The notes beneath the pieces were generated by a model. It worked only from the letters and a program-made list of their open reading frames with translations. It was not told the DNA's origin and did no database searches. Position numbers and translations under genes: made by a program. A stretch of DNA of 64,000 bases from Octopus vulgaris (Eukaryota). Numbering within the stretch: the first letter of the stretch is position 1; each line of letters starts with the position of its first letter. Shown one piece after another: positions 13,059-26,099 of the stretch. Location of the stretch: the NCBI GenBank assembly GCA_951406725.2, contig OX597821.1, positions 48,670,001-48,734,000 of the forward strand, in the 5' to 3' direction.

Positions 13059-13115
13059 CGGCTTTTTTTTCAGTTTCCGTCAACCAAATCCAGTCACAAG
13101 GTCGGCCCGAGGTCG
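12848..13115 (-). mobile_element. SINE family 1, headless partial copy
   Basis: Matches tail and body of 15062-15456, with internal (CA)n. Confidence 0.8.
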
Positions 13116-13152
13116 ATACATCAATTATGATTAATGACAAACAGAAACAGGA

Positions 13153-13193
<41 letters not shown>

Positions 13194-13402
13194 TTCAGAA
13201 TATAATGCGTTTACTTGCCTTTTAAATCTTTTGGTAACAGCGAATTTTTTTATCAGAAATGACTTACCTGAAAAAGAAAGATAAAACTAGATTATGATAT
13301 CAGGTTTAAACAATGCAAAAAGTTAACAGATGACAGCCATTATAATGTTTGTTAGTGGAAAGGTGAATAAAATGTGGAGCTTTCTCACAGCAAATGTTTC
13401 AA

Positions 13403-13490
<88 letters not shown>

Positions 13491-14045
13491 GAGTGAGAGA
13501 GCAGTGCATGCCATCAAAGTGACACTGGGGTAAAATATACGAAGCCCAGTATACCCATCATGACTACCCGTCTGATAAGGGTACACAAGGCACATGCATC
13601 ACAACCATATGTGCGCGACATGGTGATCTCATATCAAGATAAACAGCACATGACCTTGCAGGTGGGGCCCAGTTAGAATGTTCTTCTGGTCGAGTAACCC
13701 ATCCCACTCAAAAGGTCCCTGAATAAGGGTTGTTTGAGGATGTTGAACAAAACACCCATGTTTCCAGAGGTGAATTATTCAAACCCCCAAAGAATCCCTC
13801 TCATTACATGGCTACGATGCTCCCCCACTACTTCTGCTCATGATCAGAGATGCACATATCGTCAGCCACTAAGGGACATGCTCAACTGGCTAAGGTCAAA
13901 CAACTGACAAGCAAATCTGTGGTATTGAGCAGAATATTTGCTGTAGCCCATCTTTTATACCAAGACAAAACAATGTACATGATAACACTTCCAATCAGTT
14001 AAGATCAAAAGCCATGAGAGCCACTGCCTGGTACTGCATCAGGGC
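13491..14045. mobile_element. ~555-bp element in (TTA)n, copy 2
   Basis: Near-identical to 166-720; (TTA)n at 13404-13490 and (TTA/TTG)n from 14048. Confidence 0.85.
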
Positions 14046-15061
14046 GTTTATTATTATTATTATTATTATTGTTGTTGTTGTTGTTGTTGTTGTTGCTGTT
14101 GTTGTTGTTGTTATTATTAATGAATACAAAGGAAGGTGACCGGCTAGCAGAATCGTTGCTGCGCCAGATGAAATGGTTAGCAGCATGTGGTTGGGAAGCA
14201 AACTTCTTACCACACAGCCACGCCTGCACATAATGGCACCAGAAATGATTTCTTCAGAGGCAATTGGAGAATGCGTGTATAGATATACGTTATATAATAT
14301 GCATGACTAAATCGTCGTTATTGTCCATGCCTATGGATATGATGTGTGATTGCTCCCCTGTAAGTTGTTGAAACAATTGTGGGCCATGAGATCAATAGAA
14401 TACCATAAACTCCACACTTCGCATTATTATATATTGTGTGCTGCCGGACGAGATGGTGAAGATGCCGACGACCGCTCGGTTCAAAGTCTTCCTTGACCAC
14501 AAGTGGCCTGAACTCTTTACATGAACACCATTCTGTACATAACTCCATGTCCCCCTACATGGCCTTGCTTTTTGCTTTTTGAGCCAAAAAATTAACTAAC
14601 TAACTAACTAACACACACACACATAAATTGCCTTACGTATCTCTATATACAAAATGTGAAATTTACTATTGTCAGCAGTACACATACACGCACGTATACA
14701 TACTGTTATGTCCCGCTTTATGACGACGTATTTCGTCGGTGTCTGCAGGACTAGCCCGAACATCGTATCTCGCCGAATGACATTACTGACTGCATCAGTC
14801 TACTATTTATTAGTATTGGAACAGCTCACTTCTCACCTGGAAGCATCCGCCACAACACATACCCGCTTTGAGATTTTGTTTTATTACTTTTTTTTCCAAC
14901 CAGAATTATTTTTCTTAGACTTTTTTTTGTTCCACACAGAATTATATATTTTTTTCTCATTTGACTCATTTTTTTTCTTCATTTCTTTTTCTTCTAACCA
15001 GAATTATTTTTTGTCTTATTCAGATTTTTTCTTGTTACGCACAATTATATATATACGCTCT

Positions 15062-15456
15062 TTTAATTGTTTCAGTCATTTGACTGCGGCAATGCTGGAG
15101 CACCGCCTTTAGTCGAGGAAATCGACCCCAGGACTTATTCTTTGTAAGCCTAGTACTTATTCTATCGGTCTCTTTTGCTGAACCGCTAAGTTACGGGGAC
15201 GTAAACACACCACCATTGGTTGTCAAGTGATGTTCAGGGGTGGGGGACAAACACAGACACACAAACACGCACATATATATACACATATACATATATACGA
15301 CGGGCTTCTTTCAGTTTCCATCTACCAAATCCACTCACAAGGCTTTGGTCGCCCCGAGACTGTAGTAGAAGACACTTGCCCAATGTGCCACGCAGTGGGA
15401 CTGAAACCGGAACCATGTGGTTGGTAAGCAAGCTACTTACCACACAGCCACTCATG
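15062..15456 (-). mobile_element. tRNA-derived SINE family 1, full length
   Basis: Head GTGGCTGTGTGGTAAG...GGTTTCAGTCCC, CORE-like TTGGGCAAGTGTC, internal TA/TG microsatellite, tail ending AATGACTGAAACAA; many copies in the window. Confidence 0.9.
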
Positions 15457-16201
15457 CACTTATTTTCAAAAATTACACAGCATTATTATATATATATTTT
15501 TCATTTCTACGACTTTTCCTTTTATTACTCTTTTCTCGGCGGAAACTGGATCAGTTACCTGCAAACTTTCATTATCTTTTAAAGTGATTGTATTAGAACG
15601 ACTCCTCAACGAAGCATTTTCATTAGAAGGACCTTTTCCTGCAACAGATGGCTCAAGTTCTCTAATTTCAGAATTTTCTACAATGTGTTCTTCACTAATC
15701 ACTTCCATCGACATTTCACCTGGAGTCTTTTCAAAGAGGACTTGTTTAGTATCCTCAATCACAAAATGGCTTGCATTTTCTTTGTTCATTTTAACTTTCT
15801 TAGTAACTGGTTCGTTTTCAATTTCAACAGATAATATCTGCTTACGTTTGAAATCTTCTGGCATGATTCGTTTTAAATGTATCGTTAATTCTTTTTCATT
15901 TTTTTTTTCTTCTAACCAGAATTATTTTTTGTTCCACACAAAATTATTAAATCCTTCGCACGGACTTAATATTATTATCATTATTTTTTTATTCCCAACG
16001 GTACCTTTTTTTTTTTCAAAATACCGCAGATAGCACCAAGTCTACATTATTACTGGTAGCGCTACTGCATATAGCGACCTGACTTATAAAATCCTTCGAA
16101 CTTATTATTTTTTTTTCTTCCACACAGAATTATTTTTCACCGTGTGTAGTACAGTTCTGTGTAGAGTTCCAGTTATACCAGACATTTTTCTTCAGGATCT
16201 T

Positions 16202-16275
<74 letters not shown>

Positions 16276-16635
16276 TGTATGTATGTATGTATGTATGTAT
16301 ATATTTTTTTTTTTCACCGTGTGTAGTTTAATTCTCTGTTAGCGTTCTTTTCTTCAGAATCTTTCTTTTTAATATATATTTTTCACCGTGTGAGGTTCAA
16401 TTCTGTGTTAGAGTTCGAATCCTTCAAACTTCCTTTCATTGTTCTTGAACGTAGGTCTTCCATTTCGATACTCCGAGCCTTCGTAACCTCATTACCATTG
16501 TTATAACGACACCGTCATACAGTGGGCAGTATCCTCATCGCCACTCTTATATCCCGCATTATGGCGACGTATTCTGTCGTCTCTGTAGGACTGGCTCGAA
16601 CAGCGTACCTTACTGACTGTGTGAGTCCACTATTT

Positions 16636-16836
16636 CAGTGGTTTTCAACCAGGGTTCCGCTAGTACAGTCCAGGGGTACCGCAAGAAGTTACAAAACTGC
16701 TAAAATCGGCAGTAATTTTTAATTCTCCTGTGCAGATGTGTGTGCATAAAACTATAAAATTATTGCACAGGGGTTCCTCGATCCAGTGGAATGTTTCCTT
16801 GAGGTTCCGCTCCAGTAAAAGGTTTGAAAAGCACTG
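16636..16836. mobile_element. hAT (Charlie-like) MITE, 201 bp
   Basis: TIRs CAGTGGTTTTCAACC / GGTTTGAAAAGCACTG; perfect 8-bp TSD CACTATTT. Confidence 0.9.
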
Positions 16837-16995
16837 CACTATTTATTAGTAGTGGACCAGCCCACTTCTCCCCTGGGGGCGTCCGCCACAACACATACAT
16901 ACATACATACATATATACATACATACATACATACATACATACATACATACATACATACATACATACATACATACATACATACATACATACATACA

Positions 16996-17348
16996 TCAGC
17001 TACCCAGAGGATGTTAACATAAAACTAAAAATCAGCGAAAAATAGAATACCTACGCTGAACTATTGAGACATCTGCAGTTACAATCTATCCAGATTACAA
17101 GTTCAGGTTTATGCCTGTAATTATTGGGACACTTGAGAATTAGGTTTCTCAAAACCAGGAAGGAGAAAGTTGATACGGAGACTACAAATTCAAGCCATCA
17201 GCGGAACTATAAAAAATTGTAGTACTTTCCAGAGGTTTATCATTTAAGTATATATGAGTATGTCTAGATATGCAACTATATGCACGAAAATACATACATA
17301 AAACAGAACATACAAATCTGCACATATACATACATACAAAGATACCCT
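16996..17348 (+). mobile_element. R4/Dong-like LINE 3' fragment (REL endonuclease end plus 3' UTR)
   Basis: ISYPEDVNIKLKISEK*NTYAELLRHLQ...MPVIIGTL...LQIQAISGT; adjoins (CATA)n; UTR matches 47320-47440. Confidence 0.7.
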
Positions 17349-17399
17349 ATATTTCTGATTTTCACCTTCACGAATTTTCTCATCGTTTGATTGCCAATT

Positions 17400-18709
17400 T
17401 CTTCCGATGACTTATTTATTCTGTTCTGACGTTTTGTTTTGACGTTTACAATGCATTTTTATGTTCTATATTTCCAAAACGAAAGCATTCCGCTTTTTTA
17501 AATGAACAATTTTGCCTCAGGTGTATACCTCCACATGCAAAACATGGGTTTATTTCCTGATTTTTGTCATGTTTTTATTTAGAAAACACTTTAGTTCTAT
17601 TCTAATTATTTCACACTTGCTATACTTAGAAAAAATCTTTACGTTCAATTTTCTCTGTTTCGTGTCTTAATTTGACTATCCTTTCACATTCTTCTGACAC
17701 TTGCTGTAGAGTCACATCTTGGTTTTGTTCCAGCTTAGCGAGAATTCTAGTTCTAACGTCTGTGTCTTTTCCTGCAGTTAGTCCCTGTGTAAAAATCAGA
17801 CGTTTGAACATACCTGGCGTTAATTCGTCCACCTTAAACTTCTTGCATTCCCTGTCAACTCTTCTAGCATATATGATGCAGTCCTCGTCGTTTGTTTTTC
17901 TCTATGTTCAAACACTTCCAATGTGTGTTGAAGAGTGAGCTTTTTTCACTGAAAATTTTACACAATATATCTATTGTATCACTAAAATTTATATCCGAAG
18001 GTTTTCTTGGGAGTACGTAATTACTGTATCGCCTATGTTCTGCTGCCGCCAGTTTTCTTAACATTAAGCACGTTTTCATCTCGTAGTCCCAATCTTTACA
18101 TTCTTTATCGAAGATTTTCTCATATCTTCTGTAGTATGCTTCGAAGGTATCTCCTTCGTCAGGTTCGTATTTGAACTCTGTTATGGAATTCGCGACATAA
18201 TCTGGCGAGAACACTTTTTCTGAATTTCTTGACGATTTCATTAATTGCAGCATTTGTTGCTGTAATAGTAATTGTTGTTGTTGTTGTTGTTGTTGCTGTT
18301 TTTGCAACTCGAGCAAAATGGCCAACAAATTTTCCATAGTCTTACGATTTTTTCATAAAATTTGCACAAGATAAACTTTTGCGAGTTTGTTAACTCCTCG
18401 TGAGTTGTTTAAATCCTCGTCGCCACAGTTATAAGGGTAAATAGATACTTTGGCTATCCAGGAAACGTTTCAATTCCAAATCACAGCTGCTTCTGTATGG
18501 CGGAACTAAAACCTTAAGAAGTGAACACGACTGTACTATCAATGACTAACAAAGCTCACGAGAAATAAGTTCATAAAAATAGGCACGATCTATTAACGAT
18601 TAACGGCATCATAGCAGATTTTCTAGACATTAACGTGGTGTGCATGAGTAATCTGAGAGAAATGTGTCTGGTGTCAATAAACTAGTCTATCGTCAGCGAG
18701 TGTATAACA
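17400..18709 (-). mobile_element. Ty3/Gypsy LTR retrotransposon 5' part: putative LTR, PBS and frameshifted gag
   Basis: PBS TGGCGACGAGGAT at 18425-18413 (tRNA-Ser-like); gag MENLL..ITEFKYEPDEGDTFEAYYRRYE..FKRLIFTQGL; zinc-knuckle-like PCFACGGIHLRQNC near 17510-17550; possible LTR 18427-18709. Confidence 0.8.
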
Positions 18710-21013
18710 GAGGGGTATTGAAATGTAAAATATTTGCTTCATAATATTCAGAATAAATTTCTTACTACCGTGCCATCGGTACGATATTTAAAGAAGAAAT
18801 AGTTCAAGGAATGTCCAAGTCAGGCAATTTTAGATTAATTATCGATGAAAGAAAGATAATTTCGGAAACTCAACTGCTCTCACATATACTGCGCTACGTT
18901 TTTGTCATTGTTATCGTGGAATTTATTGGATGTCAAGCAGCTTTTGAACTTGAATTTGAATATCTTCTGTAGGGAATATTGTTTGTTGCTACTACAGTCT
19001 TTTGATATCCAGTAGTGTCACCCAATGCTATGCTAGTTTCTCGATCCTAAGCGGAAATCGCTGGTGTTCAAACGAAGGTGCATACCTTTGTCTTATTTGC
19101 AACTTAGGTCCACTGGCACGTACACCAACTCAACCTGATAGAGGTTAACTGGTAAATATGAAAGCTGTGGGAACATTTTTCGTCATACTGCAGCAATTCT
19201 ACCAGTCTATGGTAGTCCGTTCTGCATCAGCATTTCATGTTGTTACAAAAAAAAGGTGGACAGCCAGCAGAGATGAAAAACGCGTCCATTAAGCGTTAGA
19301 TCTATCAGCATACATCATATATATTTTGGATCCACTGTCGCAGTTCAGTAAGGATACTGTGTCGTCGGAGAAAACAGTTAAGGCCAAGTCACTTCTATTT
19401 CATTTTTGGCTGCAAAAGTCTGTTCTCTCTTTATCCTCATTGAATAATTTCTGCTACGAATCTAACCTCTGGCAAAGACGCTGCAATCTTCTCTGGATAG
19501 AAATGCAGCAAACGAACCGATCACCAATTTTATTGAAGATTTCCTACTTCGAATTAAACAAACTAGATAACAAAGGTATGAGGCAGAGTATCAAGTCGCA
19601 TGGCCAATGTTAAGAACAACTAACTGGTTTGGGAGAAGCCTGAATGACGGGGAAAATTTGGCAGTCATTGAAGTTGTTGGAAACCAGCTGATATGGATTG
19701 TTTCTCTGACTTTCACTGTAACAACTTCATTGTTAGATTGGTTCAGATTTGATCAGGACTCCAATGCTATTCTGCGGCAGAAAACTGTAATATCATCAAG
19801 AGATTTTTTACTTCTTAATCGCCAAACTAACCAGTTTTTCAACATTGACAGTCTCAAATTCGCGGAAGAGACATATCGGCTGATCTTGGACGATCTGAAG
19901 GTCGAGTTCCACTGGATAAAGACTCTTTGAGTAGAAGCGACACAATGGACGAAGTTATTTGCATCTCAATAGAGATACTTTGTTTTAAATTACAATAACG
20001 CTGCCTAACCTGTTACAAAACGACGAATCCATCTTTTGAGTAAAATGTTGGAAAATATAAGCACTGCTGTAAGATAGGCAGTGAATAGGATTTTTTTAAA
20101 GGGAAGCTGGTGGAAAAAAAAACAGAAATATTTTGGTGGTAGTCTGGTGATAATTGTAGTGTTGCTAGTGGTGCCGTTATGGGGCATAGTTTTAGTTTTG
20201 TTGCTGTAGCGGTAATGGTGTTCGTATTATTATTGTTGGTTGTGGTAGTGGTGGTGGTGGTAGTGTTGTTTTTGTTGTTGTTACTGGTAGTGGTGTTTAT
20301 CGGTCAAGATACTGATCAAAATAACGTTAATCGGTTAGGGGTGGGGAGAAGGGATAGACACGTGAGCTGATATGATGTCAGTTTCAATCATGTGATCCTG
20401 ATATAGAGATGGTAGTGTTAGTAGAGATATGGTGGTAGAGGAACAGATGGACGTGGAGTTGGTTAGAGAGGTGATGATAAGAATATGTTTGTGAATGTGT
20501 TCATATACGTATGTGTGTGTGGGTGTGTATATACTTTATTTTTTAATGTATATGTATATATCTGTGTATGTATTCACACGCACGCACACATACATGTGTG
20601 TATCTCTCTATGAACATGTGTGTGAATGCAAGAAGTTCAATAAAAGTATAGAAGAGAGGAGAGTGTATTACAAAGTAACAGCTTGAACAACACAGCGCTT
20701 CTAGTGAGACGGGATAAATAATATTGGAATAAGGAGTGTAGAGAGAGAAAGCGAGAGGACAGCTTGAATGACACAACACTGCATATTTGTCGATGTAAAC
20801 ACTAAACTGAAATAACAAACATCATCGTTACATCACATGTTGGTTTATTATATAGGTTGCGACCTACTTTCAGACTTATAACTATAATGAGTAACGAGAG
20901 ATGAGGAGAGGAGAGAGAGTGAGGGAGAGGAGAAAATATGGAGAAGGAAGAGGAACCCAAATTGGAGAATAGCTAAGATCATGCGATTATAAGGGAGAGC
21001 TAAAAAGTAATAA

Positions 21014-22340
21014 CACAACGTAACAATTTTCAAAAAAAATAATTTGTTAATTGTATTTTTTTTTTTTTGTTTATCAATCCATTTTTTCAATCCATTTATA
21101 GTTTTTTCTGCTGATTCCATAAATGTTTTTTTTTTTTTTGTGTATCATCAACAGTTAAGAAAATATGTCGACTTTCAATTTTATTATATATTCGGTATTG
21201 TTATAATGTTCCGCTACTAAATGTATGTTTAATTTTCGCTTTCTGACCAATTATTAAATTCTGCTACTTTCAGGATGGCTACTAGAGTATGTAAAAATTC
21301 TCCAGATACATTTTGCTATGTGTGTGGTTATTATATTGGAAAAAAGCAGGTATTACATAAGATCGTGAAAGGTGCCAAATTGTGGATAGCGTACATACTC
21401 TATTTCGGAATGACCATGAGTGACCAGGACAAACCATGGGCCCCCCATGTGATATGTGGAAACTGTCGATTTACTCTAGAAGGATGGTTAAGAGGTACAG
21501 GAAGGTCAATGCCTTTTGCCATTCCAAGAGTATGGAGAGAGCCAAAGAACCATCACGATGACCGTTATTTTTGTATGATCGATGTGACAAAGTACAGAAA
21601 AGTGAAAGGAAGACAAGCTCTTCAGTATCCAGATATACCATCATCTAGAGCACCTGTCCCACATGATGATAGTTTACGAGTACCACTACCACCAGAAAAT
21701 ATTTCATCTGAAGAGTCAACAAGTAGCAGCAGCCAAGAAATGGATGAAGCTTTCGTACCATGAATCAGAGTAAGCTAGATGATTTAATCAGGGATCTGGG
21801 TCTTACTAAATCAGGAGCTGAACTTCTTTCTACAAGGTTGAAGGAAAGGAATCTACTGGGAAAGACTGCTAGACATCTGTGTACCGCAAACGCCATGAAT
21901 AATTTAAAATTTACTATGAAAATATTAATGATCTGTGTTGTAAAGATGTGATTGGTTTGTTTACTGCTATTGGACTCAAGCATGATTCTGCAGAATGGTG
22001 ACTGTTCATAGATAGATCAACACGAAGTCTCAAAGCAGTGTTACTCCACAATGGAAATAAATATCCTTCTTTGCCTCTTGCACACTCCATACAGAAGAAA
22101 GAAAATTACGATAATGTCAAAGGAATTCTCGACAAAATAAATTACGCTGAGTTCAAGTGGGATGTTTGTGGTGATTTCAAGATTCTTGCCTTCTTGCTTG
22201 GCTTGCAATGGGGGAACACAAAGTATTCATGTTTCCTTTGCTTATGGGACAGCAGAGCTGATGATGATCATTACAAGAGAGTATATTGGCCCCCAGGAGT
22301 GGAGGTGCAGCCAGGAATGTTAAATGTTCTCAAACAGATT
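21014..22340 (+). mobile_element. Chapaev3 (CMC) DNA transposon, 3'-truncated, defective
   Basis: MATRVCKNSPDTFCYVCG..YFG..DQDKPWAPHVIC..C..MPFAIPRVWREP..; LDDLIRDLGL; LLHNGNKYPSLP; KYSCFLCLWDSRA; putative terminus TAA|CACAACGTAACA. Confidence 0.8.
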
Positions 22341-22569
22341 CCAACTGGTTGTTTTGATGGCGGAACAAGCAGGGGAATTCCATTAAAAAAAGTTTTAATC
22401 GATTTTCTCGGTAACTATGGGGGCTAGAAAAAATACAAACCGCATTCCAATCTATGCACCCGTCTCCACATGTGTGCCATTTTTCACACGAATCCACCCA
22501 GCCATTTGGCTGTGAACCTCAAAACAAGAAAGAATACAACGATCGTCCATGTCTAATTTATATTATAGA
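22340..22569 (-). mobile_element. Helitron-type 5'-terminal fragment
   Basis: A|TCTATAATATAAA start on minus, similar in style to Helitrons A and B; interrupts the Chapaev3 ORF. Confidence 0.5.
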
Positions 22570-22574
22570 TTACA

Positions 22575-23115
22575 GTTATGTTGAAACAAGTGATACAGGA
22601 AAGTGCAGCATTGACGACATTTGTGGATAAAATTTGAAAGCTTTGTAGAAACGACAATTTGAGTTTAGCACATCAATTTAGACAGAATTATAATTTCTAT
22701 AAGAATGGGATGGATCATAACTGAAAGCAGCTCCAGGACTTGCGGAGAACAAATTTGTACGTGGCCTGTTTCTGAGAGCTATTCTATTGGACCTCTGTGT
22801 AATGTGGTATGCTAAACGTTGTTTTAATGACGCAGTATTAAGTGCTGCAACATGCCTTTGCTGATCTTGGGAAAGTCTCATCTCCTTTCTCTCTTGAGAC
22901 TCCATCCGACGTGCTGCGGCATGCCTTTGTTGATCTTGAGAAAGTCTTATCTCCCTTCCCTCTTGAGACTCCATCTAACGTGCTGCATCATGCCTTTGCT
23001 AATCTTCAAGTCCCTTATTCTTTTAGACTCTCGCCTTCGGGTTTCTGCTCCCTTCCTTGCTTGATAGGTGTTTCTGGAGAGATTACGTTTTTTCTTTGGT
23101 GGTATATATTTTTTT
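22575..23115 (-). pseudogene. Helitron Rep-Hel N-terminal fragment
   Basis: PPKKKRN.., 22-aa repeats MESQE..E.RLSQDQQRHAAARR, then AAFSYDPSHSY...V*I....CRF.KAFKF, resembling Helitron N-termini. Confidence 0.7.
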
Positions 23116-23339
23116 GAGCTGGCAGAAACGTTAGCGCGCCGGCGAAATGCTTCGCGGTATTTCGGCTGCCGTTACGTTGTGAGTTCAAATTCCGCCGAGG
23201 TCGACTTTGCCTTTCATCCTTTCGGGGTCGATAAATTAAGTACCAGTTACGCACTGGGGTCGATGTAATCGACTTAATACCTATGTCTGTCCTTGTTTGC
23301 CCCCTCTGTGTTTAGCCCCTTGTGGGTAATAAAGAAATA
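23116..23339 (+). mobile_element. tRNA-derived Nin/Deu-domain SINE, family 3
   Basis: TGGCAGAAACGTT..GAGTTCAAATTC; Nin-like GCCTTTCATCCTTTCGGGGTCGATAAATTAAGTACC; perfect 15-bp TSD GGTATATATTTTTTT. Confidence 0.9.
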
Positions 23340-23946
23340 GGTATATATTTTTTTCAATATTGTAAACAAAAAATTATGAACATAGAAAAAATGTACATCA
23401 ATCGTTATTTTTGTAAGCAGTTGTATGTATGTAGTATGTCTGTATTATTGTATGCAGTGTAAATTACCCAAATATAGGCAAATTGTAAATACCTTGCAAC
23501 CTTGCAACTGCTGCGATAATTATGAACTGGTAATTGAACGGTAGATGTGTATTTTTATATATCTTGGACGTGCCACCTAATTTTTTGTCAAGAGTTTCAC
23601 CTCAAGCCGTTCTCGTCACATATGTATATGTATGTGTAGATGAGTGTGTACGTTTAATAACGTACCTAACGCGGAAACACACACACACAGTCACAGAAAC
23701 ACTTACTTCTATACACACTCAGACACATACACACTCATATAAAATGTCCTGTACTATAGTTGACTATAGAAAGATTATGTCTATGAAATGTTATATTGTT
23801 TTAATGGAAATGAAAAAATTACATACACATTCATACACTGACACAGATACACTGTCATCCAATCAGCGGACTCGATTCTATCATGTGAAGTTTTTCACAC
23901 TGATGTTTATTATTTGAGCTTACGTCCGGAGGGAACACTTTATTGA

Positions 23947-23947
23947 C

Positions 23948-24041
<94 letters not shown>

Positions 24042-24915
24042 CATCCATCTATCTCTCTATCAATCTATCTATCTATCTATCTATGCTCTTCGTGCCACAT
24101 AAGGCTTCCATGCACGTTTTCCATTTATCCCTTTGTTTTTCAAGTTTCCTTGCCGCATTCCATGATGAACATTCAGCTTGATTCCTTTCCTTTTCCACTC
24201 TCCTTCTTCATATTGATCTTCCAACTTTTCTCATTCCCTCTGGCTGCCGAGTCAGAGCAATCATGCAATGATAATTGAGTTCCTTTCTCAATACATGTTC
24301 AATCCAATTCCATCTTTTCCTTTTTACTTCTTGGCTTATCCTGTGGACTTGGGTTATTTTGCTGAGTTCATCCATTGATATTATGTTTCGCCCCCCTATC
24401 TGAACTATTTTCTTCAGGTTTTTGTACTGAAAAGAATCCAGTTTTCTCTTATCACTATTGCTCATTGTACAAGTTTCACAGCCATAAAGAAGTACAGGTC
24501 TTACCAGCGTTTTGTGGAGTTTAATTTTTGTATCACTTCCAAATTGTTTTGATCATCACACTTTGTCCAATTTGATAAAAGCACTTCTGGCTCTGTTGAT
24601 TCTGCTTATCATATCTTTCCCTCCACCACCTTCAGCATAGTCCAGGTCTTCAAGGCATGACGTCATTTGCCATCTTATCCCAATGTTATTCATAGTGGTC
24701 TTCCTCATCCCCCTGTTTATGACGAGTAGAAACAAGAATCCAGACGTAACGTCGCCTTGTTTTACGCCTGTCTTTACTTGGAACCATTTCACCATCGTCC
24801 ACTACTGCACATTCACCATCTTTGTACATTAATTTGACTATGTTGATAATTTTGTTTGGTATGCCATTACTGCCTCATGATCTCCCATAAACTGTCCGTA
24901 TGAACTAAATCGAAA
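23947..24915 (-). mobile_element. RTE-clade LINE 3' fragment with (GATA)n tail
   Basis: WFQVKTGVKQGD..FLFLLVI..LEDLDYA; SRINRARSAF; RWNWIEHVLRK..ALT.QPEG.RKVGR; tail at 23947-24083. Confidence 0.85.
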
Positions 24916-25505
24916 GTAATGCAGATTTCATGAACTTGTGCATGCAGCAAGAGTCCTTAGAAATGCAAAAACAATGCGACAAGCTGAAATTGGGTATTTT
25001 AACAGATTTAGTTTCGAAGCTTATGCAGTCAAATCCAACTATATCGACTAACAATTTAAGCAGTACTACTTCAAAAGTGTTCTACAAGCTTCCTGCCTTT
25101 GAATACGAACTAACTTTTGCACCCTGGCATAACTGTTATCAAGATCTTTTTGTCACTGAAGTAAGGTCAAGCTATTATTACGAAAAGTGGGCAGTATTGG
25201 ATACAGCGAGTGCTTTAACTTTGTGTTACCCCAAAATATTAATGAATTTGACTAAAACTACAGTGGAAAAACTTACAGACATGTTTGGTGAGACATCATC
25301 AGTATTTAACAGCAATTTAAAATTAGAAAAACGCCCCGAAGAAGATTTTATTGCATATGCTGGACCTATAAATAAAGAATGCGAAAATTTTAAAAGACAA
25401 GCAATGGCTAACAACCAATTTAAAAATTTAATTTTTGTATCTGGCCTGACGTCACCAAGATATGATGATATAAGAAATCATGTCCTAGCCGAATTGGACA
25501 CATCT
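24915..25505 (+). pseudogene. Gypsy gag remnant
   Basis: Homologous to the gag at 17626-18337 (TFAPW..Y, VEKLTDMFGETSSVFN, EDFIAYAG.INKECENFK, FKNLIFVSGL). Confidence 0.75.
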
Positions 25506-26099
25506 GACGACGAGGGAAGTTCCTCCTGTTATATATACATAAATACGGATGTAGTAGATAACAGCTAGCCTTCAGCCGCCCTTTTGGACCCTGTTGTGTC
25601 CACTACTCTGATTGGTTGGTATTGGTGCACTTTGTCTCTTGCTCTGTTGCACACCAATAAGCAACCCAACCAATCGCATCCTTCAAATAAGGTCACGTGA
25701 GACAGACTCTTCTAAAACTCACTTTGAGCCGGCTGTTCACAATAAAACTCTAGCTTCACACCGTCTCGATGTCTTTCGGTTCCAAACCTTTTAAGGTCTA
25801 GCCACTGACCACACAGGACACAGCCAGTTCCAGCGACAACACAGTAGCCGCATGAAGGCATGTATGTATGTATGCATATATGTATGTATGTATGTATGCA
25901 TGTATGTATGTATGTATGTATGTATGCATGTATGTATGTATGCATGTATGTATGTATGCATGTATGTATGTATGCGTCGTGTATGTATGCGTCGTGTATG
26001 TATGTATGTATCCCATCCGGGCAATATTTGTCTAAAAAATAGGCAAAAAGTGTGGAGCCGTAGTGGTGTAGTGCGCTGACCTCTACAGGGCTGAAGCTC

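Larger units (their letters stand above)
14704..16893 (-). mobile_element. Small non-autonomous LTR element (TRIM/LARD-like)
   Basis: Diverged ~150-bp direct repeats at 14704-14857 (TG..CA) and 16545-16893 (interrupted by a MITE); PBS TGGCGATGAGGAT at 16543-16531; CATAC on both flanks. Confidence 0.7.

Noticed and set aside
18720-20000. Possible old hAT transposase remnant
   Set aside because: Only faint motif hints; cannot be supported without an alignment.
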